A stretch of DNA of 64,000 nt from Rebecca billardiae RCC1528. Taxonomy: Eukaryota; Protista; Haptophyta. Positions 1 to 11,090 of the stretch are shown piece after piece. The number at the start of each line of letters is the position of its first letter. The stretch's first letter is position 1. The DNA is taken from the NCBI GenBank assembly GCA_965240325.2, contig OZ251226.1, positions 682,001 through 746,000 on the forward strand. The letters are read 5' to 3'. Under the pieces are notes generated by a model. It saw nothing but the letters and a program-made list of their open reading frames with translations, was not told the DNA's origin and searched no databases. The translations under genes and the position numbers were made by a program.

Positions 1-1090
1 GCAGCTTGTCGCCGGTGAAGATGGAGTTCGCGCCCGCCATGAACATGATGGCCTGGTCCATCTCGGTGAAGCTCAATCGGCCGGCGGAGAGCCGCACCAC
101 CGTGCGCGGCATCACAATCCGCGCGGTGGCGATGGTGCGGCCAATCTCGAAGATGGTGGGAGGCGTCGAGCCGGCGAGCGGCGTGCCCTCGATGGCGACG
201 AGGCTGTTGATCGGGACGGACTCGGGGTGCGTCTCCATCGTGGCGAGCTCGTGCAGCAGGCCGATCCGGTCCTCCACCCCCTCCCCGATCCCGAGGATCC
301 CGCCGCAGCACACAGTGATGCCCGCCTTGCGCACGTTCTGGATCGTCTGCAGCCGGTCGTCGTACGTGCGCGTGGTGATCACGTTGGGGTAGTGCTCGCG
401 CGAGGTGTCGAGGTTGTGGTTGTAGGCGGAGAGGCCCGCGGCCTTGAGCGCGCGCGCCTGCTCCTCGGTCACCATGCCCAGCGTGCAGCACACCTCGAGC
501 CCCATGCCGCGCACGCCCTTGACCATCTCGAGGATGCGGTTGAACGCCGTCTTCTTGCCGCCGAGCTCGCGCCACGCGGTGCCCATGCAGAAGCGGGTCG
601 AGCCGGCCTCCTTCGCGCGCTTCGCCGCCTGGAGGACCTCGTCGAGCTGCATCGTCGGCGACGCCTTGACGTCCGTCTCGTACCGCGCCGACTGCGAGCA
701 GTACTTGCAGTCCTCCGTGCAGCCGCCGGTCTTGATGCTCAGCAGCGTGCAGCGCTGCACCTCGAGCGGGTCGAAGTTGGCGCGGTGCACGGCGGCCGCC
801 TGGAACAGGAGCTCGGTGAAGGGCTGCTTGTAGATGGCCGCGATCGCCTCGCGCGTCCAGTCCGAGCGCGGCTCAGCGTCGGCCTGCAGCATGACGTCGG
901 AGAGCGAGCGCGCCGGGCCCGGGAAGGACGAGGACGTCGACGGCGCGCCAGCCTCCGGCGAGGAGAGCGGCGGTGGCACCGGGGCGGATTGGGAGGGCGA
1001 GCTCAGCACGCTCGCCGCCGCGCGGCCGCTGCGGACAGCGCCCGGCACCCTGCGGCCCAGAGGCGCCGCGCCGCGCGCCAGGCTGATCAT
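1..1090 (-). CDS. bioB: Biotin synthase (radical SAM); 3' end runs off the left edge; N-terminal extension looks like a mitochondrial transit peptide
   Basis: Not in the ORF track because it has no stop inside the window. Manual translation from ATG 1090 gives LLSIKTGGCTEDCKYCSQS (CxxxCxxC), GLSAYNHNLDTSREHY, VCCGGILGIGE, ESVPINSL and FMAGANSIFTGDKL, all BioB motifs. No intron seen. Confidence 0.97.
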   Translation of the reverse strand, partial: MISLARGAAPLGRRVPGAVRSGRAAASVLSSPSQSAPVPPPLSSPEAGAPSTSSSFPGPARSLSDVMLQADAEPRSDWTREAIAAIYKQPFTELLFQAAAVHRANFDPLEVQRCTLLSIKTGGCTEDCKYCSQSARYETDVKASPTMQLDEVLQAAKRAKEAGSTRFCMGTAWRELGGKKTAFNRILEMVKGVRGMGLEVCCTLGMVTEEQARALKAAGLSAYNHNLDTSREHYPNVITTRTYDDRLQTIQNVRKAGITVCCGGILGIGEGVEDRIGLLHELATMETHPESVPINSLVAIEGTPLAGSTPPTIFEIGRTIATARIVMPRTVVRLSAGRLSFTEMDQAIMFMAGANSIFTGDKL

Positions 1091-1292
1091 AGTTGGCCGA
1101 CTCCTCGAGGCCGCCGTCCCCGACTGCCGATCGACAGCGCGCGTGGGGCCGCACGCCGGACTCCGGTGGTGATGATGACTGGTGACGCTTCGGCAGCCAC
1201 GCGACCGCGCGGGTAAAACGCGCTCGCCCGGAGCGAGGCAGCACGGCAGCGTCACGGCCGGCCATCTCGCGTCGCTGTCGCAGCACACCGCG

Positions 1293-2879
1293 ATGTATTG
1301 CCACCGCGTGCCCGAGTTCCCGCTCGACACGGCGGGCGAGCTGTACGGCACGCTCGCCAAGCGGCTTGCCGACTCGAAGGCCTTGTCCCTCGCCGAGGTG
1401 CAGGACCTCTTCTCCCTCCTCACGTCCGTGCGGCGCGACCTGCACGCGCACCCCGAGCCCGGCTTTGAGGAGAAGCGCACGCACGCGAGCCTTCGCCGGC
1501 TGCTCACCGAGCTCGCGGGCGTGCCGGAGGGCGCGATCCGCACGATGGCGCAGACCGGCCTCGTCGTCGACATCAAGGGCACCGCCGCGCCCAGGGGCGG
1601 CGGCGGCCGCGTGAAGACGATCGCGCTCCGTGCCGACATGGACGCGCTGCGCATGACGGAGAAGAACACCAACCTGCCGTACCGCTCGACGCACGAGGGC
1701 GTCGCCCACCTGTGCGGCCACGACGGTCACATGGCCAGCCTCATCGGCTTCGCCGCGCTCATCCAGCGCAAGGCCCCCTCGATCCCGTCCGACCTGACAG
1801 TCCGGCTCTTCTTCCAGCCGGCAGAGGAGGGGCCGGGCGGCGCGCTGCCGATGATCGCCGAGGGGTGCATGGACGGCGTGGACGAGGTGTACGGGTACCA
1901 CAACTGGCCGTCGGTGCCGCTCGGGCACATGTGGGTGCGCGCCGGCCCGATGATGGGCCACCCCACCGTCTTCGACATCATCATCAAGGGCCAGGGCGGG
2001 CACGGCTCGCAGCCGCAGGTCGCGGTGGACCCGGTGCTTGTGGCCGCGCATGTGATCATCGCGCTGCAGTCGATCGCGAGCCGAAGCGTGCACCCCCGCG
2101 AGCAGGTGCGCCGCGTGCACGCGCGCGAGCGCCGCGCCCGCCGCTTCGCCCGCCCGTCGCTCACCCGCGCCACCCCGCCCCCTGCCCGCCGCGGCGCGCG
2201 CGCACTGCAGGCGGTCGTGTCGGTGACGATGGTGCACGGCGGCGAGGTCGCCAACGTGATCCCGGACCAGGTGAAGCTGACGGGCACGACGCGCGACCTG
2301 AACCCGGAGGTGTTCAAGGTGATCGAGTCGCGCATGCGCACCATCGTCCACTCGACGTGCGAGGCGTACGGCGCCTCCGCCGAGCTGCACATCCGCGACC
2401 TCTACGCTGTCGTGGACAACCACGCGGAGCAGGCGGCGGTCGTGAAGGAGCTGGGCGAGCGGCTGCTCGGGCCGGGCAAGGTGAGCGAGGGCGAGCTGCC
2501 GATCCTCGGCGGCGAGGACTTCTCGTACTACATGCACAAGGCGCCCGGCGCCTTCTTCCTCATGGGCGGCAAGGAGGCGCAGGTCCGCGGCCTCAGCGCG
2601 TACGGCTCTGACAAGCCGGTCGAGCGCTCCAACTGCATGTGCCACAACACGGCGTTTGACTTCAACGACAACCTCATCCCGTTCGCGGTGTGCTTCTGGA
2701 TCCGGCTGGTCGAGCACCGGCTCGGGCTGGAGCTGTACCCCGAGGAGGAGCTCCCGATGGGCTTTGGCGCGGAGCCGCAGCCGACGGCCGCGGACGAGGT
2801 GGCCAACCCGATCGCCGTCGGCTCCTCGGCGAACTCGAAGCCGGCGCGCGGCGGCGCGAAGCGCGCGCGCGGCTCGTGA
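1293..2879 (+). CDS. M20 family amidohydrolase (hippurate / IAA-amino-acid hydrolase type); intron 2106-2210
   Basis: Motifs RRDLHAHPE, ALRADMDAL, HLCGHDGH, FQPAEEG, GQGGHG, GGEDFSYY. The Arg-rich insert VRRVHARE...RALQ is a 105-nt GTGCGC...CTGCAG intron read through by the ORF caller. Confidence 0.93.
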   Translation: MYCHRVPEFPLDTAGELYGTLAKRLADSKALSLAEVQDLFSLLTSVRRDLHAHPEPGFEEKRTHASLRRLLTELAGVPEGAIRTMAQTGLVVDIKGTAAPRGGGGRVKTIALRADMDALRMTEKNTNLPYRSTHEGVAHLCGHDGHMASLIGFAALIQRKAPSIPSDLTVRLFFQPAEEGPGGALPMIAEGCMDGVDEVYGYHNWPSVPLGHMWVRAGPMMGHPTVFDIIIKGQGGHGSQPQVAVDPVLVAAHVIIALQSIASRSVHPREQVRRVHARERRARRFARPSLTRATPPPARRGARALQAVVSVTMVHGGEVANVIPDQVKLTGTTRDLNPEVFKVIESRMRTIVHSTCEAYGASAELHIRDLYAVVDNHAEQAAVVKELGERLLGPGKVSEGELPILGGEDFSYYMHKAPGAFFLMGGKEAQVRGLSAYGSDKPVERSNCMCHNTAFDFNDNLIPFAVCFWIRLVEHRLGLELYPEEELPMGFGAEPQPTAADEVANPIAVGSSANSKPARGGAKRARGS

Positions 2880-3232
2880 ATCCACCAGCCAGCCGGAGCC
2901 CGCGGAGCTCGGCGCTGTCGCCGGGCCTGAGCCTGGCTCAAACACGTCGCCGATGCCGCCTCGCTGCCTGATCTCAGTCCTGGCACGCGCATTCGCGAGC
3001 CTGACGGTACACGCCGTACTCGTCGCCTGGCGTTCCACGTCCACAGGCACGGTGCGGACAACTATGGGCCGCACGGCGTCAGCCGCCGTCTCAGTCTGCC
3101 CGAGGCACGGACGCGATAACGGCACGTCGGCACGATGTCTCAGATGAAGCGCCTGATGCCAGTACGTAATCTCTGAGTCTGGTCAACGTCAACGTCATCA
3201 GCAATGATTGTGAGGTACGCGTCTCCAATAGT

Positions 3233-4980
3233 TAGGGGGGCCAAAGTGGCAGTGTGGCACTGTAGCGTTACTGACGGCCACGAGCGCGGGTCCTAGCGAG
3301 TGTTTAGAGCTGATTTCGGGCTGGATCATTTGCCCTCTGGAGGGGTCTGGGCCGGCCATGTAAAAAAACCAGGTGCACATACCCTGAATATAGGGCGTAA
3401 CGGCTAGTATATTTACTTATTAGAATGAGCCTGAACTTATTGGAAACGACATGTAACGGTCGTCCTATATGTGACATATAGACCATGTCAACCTCACTAG
3501 ACCACTAGTCACTTTGATAGAGCATCTCAGCGAGATCGTTCTGAGTCCCCAGCAGCAGCAGGTCCCAACATGCAATATAGGCTGTGTACTGGCAGAGTGG
3601 CAGGCTGTCAAATATGTAGTTTCCCGGAAGCCACCGATCGTGACATACCCACTGTGTATATAGGCGCCATGCTGATGAATACAGCCTCGTCTGATCTCGA
3701 GCTGTGAGATACGTTTTCAGACTGTGTATACGGCCACGCGTACGGCGTATTGCAGACATAGTAGACCCAAAGCACCGGCCCCACGTCCTCAGCCCGGGAG
3801 TGCTCTCGGTCATAGTCAAGGTTTAAAGTCACTCGAGCCAACCGTCACCGCTCCCTGGCCGAGACCTACGAGGCAGGTCAAATCTGTCGTCGTCGCAGTG
3901 CGGCACAGTGCCGAGCATGCGATTCGGCAGCAAACGTCTGCTCCAGGTGGTGGCTGGCGTGTCTGCACCAAACCAGGCTGGATGTGATTGGTCCATATAG
4001 GTACGCACTACCCTGTTCCGCGCTATTTCTGGGCTTAGGGGCGGATATTCGGCCTACAGAGGCTGATCCGGCGCTGTTCGGCGCTCCTGGCTGGCTGCGC
4101 GGAGCCCAACGGCAAGCGCCGGCGTGTGCAAGGTGTCAAGATTGAGACGGTCTCTGACGCTCCCGCCGAACTTGTGCGCACCAGGGTGCATGAGGGCCCA
4201 TCTGCATCTGCTTCTGCAGGCATGAGCGTCACAGGGGCGCGCTTGCAGGCACGGTCGAGTGCACGTCGGACCTGTCGAATGAGCCAACCGCTGCCTGCGA
4301 GCACGTCCGCGACGTCCTGAGAGGCGAATGGGAGGCGCCCAGACGCCATCAGAGGGCACATGTGACCCATACCCAACGTACTGACCATCGCAAGTGCCAC
4401 GGCAGGTGCAAACACGGGCCCTACAAGCGGAACATGACAGTTGCGAGCTCCGCGCAGGTGTTGCGCGCGAGCTCGCGCCGGTCTGCTGACGGCGATTCCG
4501 GCGCAGTAGGGCAGGTTAGGCGAGTTGACCATGCACATACATACCTAGACAACTGCTCCGAGCACCGATCTCACCACTCCGAGTTGATCATGACCCACAC
4601 CGAGCGGTAGCGTGACGGGCGCACGCAGCGCGCCAATTCAAGCCGGCCGACGCGCGCCGCGCACGGCGCGAGGTGGCCAAGAAGCGGGTGGTGAGCCGCT
4701 GGTGGCGCAAAGGCACGGGTAGGTAGCGCCCACCAGCGTCACGCGCGCGCGCACCCGAGACCATCTTGGCGTCTCAAAGGTCGCGAGCGCGCGGCGGTCC
4801 ACTGCCTCCGGCCGCTCGTGCTCGAGCGGAACCGAGCTCTGAGCGCCCGAACGCGTCGGAGCTCGATTTTCGAGCGGGGTCCGAGAAAAAGGCTCCGCGC
4901 CACCCTAAAAGGCCGAGGGCGGAGCGAAAATGCGACGCGACTTTGCTTTTCATTTTTAAATGGGCGGTTTGGCCCCCCTA
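3233..4980. mobile_element. Putative non-autonomous DNA transposon bounded by 13-bp inverted repeats
   Basis: TAGGGGGGCCAAA at 3233-3245 and TTTGGCCCCCCTA at 4968-4980 are perfect inverted repeats. The interior has lower GC and no recognisable transposase. No 8-bp TSD; the terminal TA could be a TSD. Confidence 0.6.
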
Positions 4981-5225
4981 GTCACTCATTCTATGATTTA
5001 ACGACACAGGTAGGACGGCGCAGGTCTCCTGATTCGTCGTCGGCAGTGCCCGATCGTCGACACGAAGTCGGCGCTGGTGGCAGAGCATAGCCTGAACCGC
5101 GATCGAATGGCTTGAGCGCGGCCTTGAGCTGCTGGAGCGCGATCCACCTGCGCTGCGCGGCTCGCATGGACCTGCTGTGCCCCGAGCGAGGGCGAGGGTG
5201 CAGGTCCGGATGTCAGACGGCCGTC

Positions 5226-6098
5226 TCAGCCGCTGGGCCCTGGCGGGTGATCCGGCGGTGATGTAGTCGTCCCCGTGTGCCCTGCGCGGCCGCGTGCGCG
5301 CTTGCCGCTCTGCTCAGCTGGCTTGCTGGCGGCGGCCGGCGCTGCTGCGGCGTGCAGGGTACGCTTTGCCCCGGACTGCTGCGCATCCTCGTCGTCCGAG
5401 TCGTCGTCCATGGACGAGTCTCGGTCCGCGTGGGGGACAGCAGCTGGAGCAGGCGAAGGTGCTGCGGGCAGAGAGGCCGCCAGCCGCGCCGCCTTGCGCT
5501 CCTGGCGTTTCTCGACGGCGCGCCGCGACGAGGTGCGGCGGCTCGATGGAGATCGAATCCGCCTGCCCTGCGCGTCACGCCGAGGCCCGCGCTTCCCGCG
5601 CCGAGGCTTCTTCTTCCGCTTCTGAGAGTGCTGCTGCTCGCCGTTTGCAGCCTGCACTCCAGTACCCGAGCCCTGCGCGGCGAGCGGGCGCGCCGGCGGA
5701 GCCGACTTGCGCGCTCGGCGCGGGGCGGGATGCAGGGGAGCTTTAGAAGGCGCGCCACCACCTCCCTCGCGCCGCTGGCTGCCACCAGCGGGGGTTCCCT
5801 GTGGAGAAGCATCAGGCCCTTGCGCATCAGGCGGACGCACAGACACCGTCAGACGGACACTCCCATCTGGCAGGAGGGAGATGTGCACCGCGCGCGGGAG
5901 GCCGTCGGCGGCGGTGAGCCTTGCTGCGTCACGCCAAAGGCGGACGTAGAGGCGCACCCAACGATCCGACAGCCCCTCGGGCAGCAGCGCAGTCACGTCG
6001 AGGTCGTCCATGCGAGCGTCGCCATGTACACGTGGACTGGTGGTCCCTACCGGAATAGTGTCAGAGTCTTTGATGCAGAGAATTGCAGGCGGCTCCAT
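5226..6098 (-). CDS. Hypothetical basic protein with NLS-like KRKKKPRR and an acidic patch
   Basis: About 290 codons from MEPPAILC, with a globular-looking N-terminus (DRWVRLYVRLWRD...VHISLLPDGSVRLTV) and a low-complexity tail. No family recognised. Confidence 0.4.
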   Translation of the reverse strand: MEPPAILCIKDSDTIPVGTTSPRVHGDARMDDLDVTALLPEGLSDRWVRLYVRLWRDAARLTAADGLPRAVHISLLPDGSVRLTVSVRPPDAQGPDASPQGTPAGGSQRREGGGGAPSKAPLHPAPRRARKSAPPARPLAAQGSGTGVQAANGEQQHSQKRKKKPRRGKRGPRRDAQGRRIRSPSSRRTSSRRAVEKRQERKAARLAASLPAAPSPAPAAVPHADRDSSMDDDSDDEDAQQSGAKRTLHAAAAPAAASKPAEQSGKRARGRAGHTGTTTSPPDHPPGPSG

Positions 6099-6172
6099 GC
6101 AGGCTCCGAGGCGGAGCCTGGGTACCAGTGGCGTTGCCAGCTCGGACACTGTCACTGGGGAATACGCGCGTG

Positions 6173-7333
6173 TCAGTCCATGTGCGTGCGGCGCTTGGCG
6201 CCCAGCCCGGGGAGCAGCCGCAGCCAGCCCTGCGCGCGGCGGCGCGATGGCTGCGCCTTCCTGTTCGCACGCCGCTGCAGATCTGGACGCGTGCGCGACT
6301 CGAGCTGGTGGCAGAGCACGCCGCAGAACGCGATGAAGAGCAGCACCACAAACAGCCCGCCAAACACCGCGCGCAGCACCTGCTTGCTCGCGCCGCCGTC
6401 GGCGCTCGGGTTGATCACGGCGCCGTCGCACGTGTGGGCGTCACAGATGGCGCGCTCGAAGAGCTCGTGCGCGTGCCAGTAGTGCTCGTTGAGCGACGGC
6501 GGGAAGCAGTTGTGCATGAGCAGCTGGCAGAGCATGCGTCGCTTCTGCTGCACGCGCCGCACGCACGGCACGCCCGCCTCCGCCTGCGCGACCGAGCGGC
6601 AGCGGAGGGCCTCGCACAGCTCCCCGACGCACACGTGCGCGCCGTCGGGGATGGTGTGCATGTGCCGCCGGTCGAAGTGCAGGTCGACGTACGCCTCGCT
6701 GCGGAACGTCTTGCCGCACGTCTTGCACTTCCACTGCGCGGCCGAGAGCATCGTCTTGTTGGCCTCGTGCGCGCGCAGCATGTCGTTGTCCGGGTGCAGC
6801 TTGCACTTGGGGTCCATCGTGATGCCGTGCCGACGCGCCACGGCGAGGACGTGCTCGTCGATGATCGCGCGCGCCTCGCGCGAGCGCGCGCGCGAGCACG
6901 TGCTCCTCAGCACCTCCTTTGCGGGCTGCGGTATCTTGGGGCGGTCGATGATCGGGATCTCGTCGGCCGCGGCGGTTGCGCTCTCGGGCACGATGGGGGT
7001 GTCCTCGGTGCGCTCGTCGTCGGGGTGGTAGACACGGTCGTCATCGTCTTCGGACCCGTCGATCTCGTCCTCGTCCGTCTCGTCGGCGTCGGCCTCGTCC
7101 TCTGCGCCTTCGCCGGCGTCAACGTCGTCGCGTGCATCCTCGACCTCGTCCGCATCGTCGCCCGGGGCGGGCGCGAAGCCGCCCAACGCGCGCTCCTGGG
7201 CGTGGGCGGCTGCCGCTGCCACCTCGCGCTGCTGACGCTCAAACTCGGCCGCGGGCACCCCGCGTCGAATGCCCACCGAGCTGGCAGCGAGGAGCAGGCA
7301 CAGGAGGGCGACCGACCCCAGCGACGACGCCAT
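6173..7333 (-). CDS. Secretory-pathway membrane protein with a C2H2-like finger (plant/protist 'CSRERSR' family)
   Basis: Signal peptide MASSLGSVALLCLLLAASSVG, acidic linker, CSRARSR...CKLHPDND...WKCKTCGKTFRSEAYVDLHFDRRH...CVGELCEALRC, and a C-terminal TM helix VFGGLFVVLLFIAFCGVL. Confidence 0.85.
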   Translation of the reverse strand: MASSLGSVALLCLLLAASSVGIRRGVPAAEFERQQREVAAAAAHAQERALGGFAPAPGDDADEVEDARDDVDAGEGAEDEADADETDEDEIDGSEDDDDRVYHPDDERTEDTPIVPESATAAADEIPIIDRPKIPQPAKEVLRSTCSRARSREARAIIDEHVLAVARRHGITMDPKCKLHPDNDMLRAHEANKTMLSAAQWKCKTCGKTFRSEAYVDLHFDRRHMHTIPDGAHVCVGELCEALRCRSVAQAEAGVPCVRRVQQKRRMLCQLLMHNCFPPSLNEHYWHAHELFERAICDAHTCDGAVINPSADGGASKQVLRAVFGGLFVVLLFIAFCGVLCHQLESRTRPDLQRRANRKAQPSRRRAQGWLRLLPGLGAKRRTHMD

Positions 7334-7420
7334 GCGCTCTGCCGCTGCTTCAAGGTCCGGGCGACAGACCGACAGTCCGGGAGCAGAGTCCGTTTCGAAG
7401 GCTGTTGGGACTTGGGGGCC

Positions 7421-9866
7421 ATGGCGACCCAGACCATGCTGCGGGTGGGTGCCTGCTCGGCCTGCCCTCGGCGCGCCGTGCGGGGTCCCAGCGGCGCCGC
7501 GGCGGCCGCGCGCCGTGCTGTCGCAGCTGACATGTCTCGCGTCTCCCCCCTCCCCCGCCCCCCGCCCACCTCCGCCCCGCACGGCCCATCTCGCGCGCTT
7601 TGCGGCGCGGCAGTCGGCGCTGCCGCCATCAGCGCTGCAGCAGACGTCGCAGCTGTCCGCGACGCGGACAGCGGCGCCGCAGCGAGCGAGCACACACCAG
7701 CCGCAGGGCCAGCTGAACACGACGAAGCAGTTCGTCCCCCGCGGCCCGCACCAGAGCGTGCCTGACACGCTCAACGTCACAGGCGCGCACCGGTTCAAGT
7801 ACTTCAAGCGGCCGATCCTGCCGTTCCTGAACGCGATGCCGCCCGACATCATCTTCTTCCAGCACCAGCAGGCCGGCGCGCAGCAGGTGATGAGCGTGCA
7901 CGCCGGCGCCGAGGCGGAGCCCGCCGCCAAGGAGATGGCCACGCAGTCCGACTACCGCGAGATGGAGGCGCAGACCGACCCGTTCACGCCCGACTTTTGG
8001 GTGCGGCCGGACGCGGACCCGGAGGTGCTCACGCTCTCGTCGCTGACGTACGGGAACGGGCTGCCGGCGACGATGCAGGAGGTGAAGCTGCTCGAGGCCG
8101 CGCGGCGCAAGCGCACGTTCGAGGGCTCGATGCCGCCCATGACCGACGAGTCCTCGCTCGAGCTGCGCCGCACGATGATGGCGGAGCAGGAGATGCGCGA
8201 GTGGCAGGCGCGCGAGGCGGACATCAAGGAGCTGCACGACGGGCGGGTGGAGGAGTTCGCGGCGCGGCTGCGCGACGCGGCGGGCGAGGTGGAGCGGCAG
8301 TGGGAGGACCGCGTCGAGCACATCCGGCAGATCAAGCTCACCGAGAAGGACAAGGCGCTCTCGGCCATCCAGCGGCAGCGCATCAAGGCGCTGCGCAAGC
8401 TCTCAGACGCGCGCAAGGTGGTCGACGTGGAGCCGGCCGAGCGCAAGCGCGACATCGTGCGCGACTACGCGGACTACTCGTCGTCCGTGTACGCGCCGGT
8501 GACGCGCGATGGCAAGGTCACGCAGGACAAGCTCTCCCACCTCTTCGAGACCGACCCGGCGCAGCTCAAGGGCCTGCGCGAGCTCACGACGCTCGAGCAG
8601 TCGCTGCCCGCGGCCGCGACGATGGCCAAGATCGCGCGCCCGCCGCGCGAGAAGGAGCAGCTGACGATCGAGGAGCGGAAGACGAAGAAGATCCGCGACG
8701 CGCTGGAGCACATGAACTCCGTGCTCAAGACGGCCAAGCAGGCCAAGCCCTCCGAGAAGGAGCAGAAGGAGGCCCTCCTCGCCGCGTACCGCGTCGTGAA
8801 GCCTCTCGAGCGGCCGCCCACGCCGCAGACAGAGGCGCCCGAGATCGACGACGAGATCGAGAACGCCGCGGTGCTGCTGCAGCGGCTGATCCGCGGGCGC
8901 GCGGTGCAGAACATGATGTTCGAGGGCAAGGAGCGCCGGCTCGAGCTCATCCAGGAGCTCCGCGCCGAGCCCGAGATCGGCCTCGAGGCGGGCGAGGGCG
9001 GGCGCGCGACCGAGGAGCAGGTGCAGCAGCACGAGCACAACGAGGCGCTTGTCTCCACCTCCACCGAGGCGCTGCAGGCCGAGCTGGTGAGCCACACGCT
9101 CGACTTCCTCGCGAAGGAGCTCGTGCGCTTCCGCGAGGAGCGCCGGATCGCGGACATGGTCCGCAAGGCCGAGCTCACGCGGCGCATGCGCGAGGTGCGC
9201 ACGCGCGCGCGCACGCACTCGCTATCCGCCGCGCGCGCGCGCTCGCCGCCGCCGCGTCGCGCGCGCGCGCTCACACCTCACGCCGGCCGGACCGCGCGCG
9301 CGCGCCGCCGCCGCCGCCGCGCACCCGGGCGCTCAGGCGGAGGAGAGCGGGCGGAGGCAGGTGGAGCAGATGCACCGCGAGGAGGAGGACTACAAGTGGC
9401 GCGAGGCCATGCGCGTGTACAACGCCACCGCCGACACGTTCCTCTCTGAGATTGTCTCGGACGCCGTCGACGTGGTCGCGGCGCGGCAGGCGGCGCACGA
9501 GGCGGAGGTGAAGGGGCACGTGTTCGACAGCTCGGCGGCGCGCGTGCAGGAGAAGCACGACGAGGCGAAGATGATCGTGCTCGACGTTGTCAGCGCCTAC
9601 CTCTTCCCCGAGGTGCGCCGCCGCGCGCGCGCCGCGACCCGCCGCTCGAGCGCGCCCTTACTCCCTCGCTCTCATTCGCGCGCTCGCTGCCACCATCCCG
9701 CCGCCCCTCCCACCGGCCGCGTCGCTCCGCCCCCGCGCAGGTCGAGCGCCAGCACAAACACCGCAATCGCGCCGCGGACGACGCGCGCTTCGGCAACGCC
9801 GCCGCATCAACAGCCGACGACGCCATGCGAGACGCGGCACGGCGAGCCACTGCTCTGGATCCATGA
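7421..9866 (+). CDS. CFAP91: Cilia- and flagella-associated protein 91 (MAATS1/FAP91); introns 7445-7613, 9195-9336, 9613-9740
   Basis: Motifs RFKYFKRPILPFL, TQSDYREMEAQTDPFTP, LTYGNGLPA, LQRLIRGRAVQNMMFEGKERR. Splicing restores the conserved RMREAEESGRRQ and FPEVER. Confidence 0.92.
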
Positions 9867-10313
9867 TTCATCCGTCAGACTCAGAGTCGCCAGTCGGGCT
9901 CGGCGACGGCGGGCGGGCGGCGGCGGCATGAGTCAGTCTCACACGCTGACGCTGCGGCTCCTGTGACTAGTGTGAGTCAGATCGGAGGCGGAGCTGATTG
10001 GACGACAGATCGCCGACGAGTGACTCACGAACGAGTCTCACGACTGTCTCATCAGACTACAGACAGACATCACCCGCCCGGCACTCTCACTCTGCCGTGC
10101 GGCACGTCCTGGCGGGGCGGCGGCCGCCCACTGGCGGCACGAGTTCCTGCGCGGCCTGTGGCTCTGCGGGCATTCAGGAGCAGCGGCTCACTCCGAGGAG
10201 TCAGGGGCCCGCGCGCCCGATCCGACACCAACGAGGGCATCCTCGCGCGATTCCCCGGAGGTTTGCCCGATCGCCCTGGCCGCACCCGTGTGCCACCAGG
10301 ACATGGCTCGCGC

Positions 10314-11090
10314 TCAGTCATACGTGATGGAGTGGCGCCCAAGGCTGTCCTTGACCATCCTGGCGCCCGGCATCATCCAGTACTTGCCGTTCGGATCCAT
10401 TCCCAGGTTGGGTCCCCCCGAGCGGCGGTCCGTCTCACCGCTGGCCACTTCTTGCTCGAGTGCCTTGCGCTTGGCGCTCTTCGGCCGGCCCTCGACGAGG
10501 CGCACCTTCTCGACGATGGCTGCAGCGGAGGGGTAGCACTGGTTGCCGCTCGCCGCCCACTCGCCCGACGCCTGCGTGAACTTGAGGAGCGACTGGTACG
10601 GCAGGCCTTGCGCGCGCGCGAGCGACGACACAGACACGTCGTACTTAGTCATGATGGTGCGCAGCTCTTTGCGCACCTCCCCTGGCGTCTGCCACACGTG
10701 GTCATCCTCGAGCGTCACGCCGGACAGGTCGGGAAAGGCCTTCTTCGCGTTCTCGTTGCCTCCTGCGCCGTCACTCGGCTTGGCGAGCGCGCGCGTTTTG
10801 CCGATAGCCTTGGCACCTGCCTTCTTCTCGCAGTAGAAGAAGTACACGGCGTTCTGGTAGGTGCCGTTCGACATGGCGTTCCACTGGTTGGCGTAGGTGC
10901 CGTTCATGAATTTGTTCCACGAGTTGCCGTTCACAGCAAGCAGCTTTTGCATCTCGCCATTCTTGATGCCCGTGGCCGCCTGGAACTTAGTGATCTGGGC
11001 GCGGATACGAGCGGGCTGAGGCGCAGCCTCGATCCCGCCGTTGCTCACGAACTCCCAGAGCTGGCCGTCCTCGTCGAAAGGGTGGAGCAT
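10314..11090 (-). CDS. Protein with two tandem helical/HTH-like repeats (DUF7726-like)
   Basis: Internal duplication: PARIRAQITKF...VNGNSWNKFM...TYQNAVYFFYCEK and TPGEVRKELRTIM...SLLKFT...GNQCYPSAAAIVEKVRLVEGRPKSAKRK. Intronless. Family assignment is from memory of the motif. Confidence 0.7.
   Translation of the reverse strand: MLHPFDEDGQLWEFVSNGGIEAAPQPARIRAQITKFQAATGIKNGEMQKLLAVNGNSWNKFMNGTYANQWNAMSNGTYQNAVYFFYCEKKAGAKAIGKTRALAKPSDGAGGNENAKKAFPDLSGVTLEDDHVWQTPGEVRKELRTIMTKYDVSVSSLARAQGLPYQSLLKFTQASGEWAASGNQCYPSAAAIVEKVRLVEGRPKSAKRKALEQEVASGETDRRSGGPNLGMDPNGKYWMMPGARMVKDSLGRHSITYD

Noticed and set aside
1-2879. Functional link between bioB and the divergent amidohydrolase (biotin recycling)
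   Set aside because: Divergent pairing is the norm here and joins unrelated genes; nothing indicates the substrate.
227-3125. Long ORFs 227-1216(+), 873-3125(-) and similar Arg/Ala/Gly-rich ORFs window-wide (e.g. 31789-34836, 45800-48829, 53248-56442)
   Set aside because: Shadow frames of real genes in very GC-rich DNA; no recognisable motifs.
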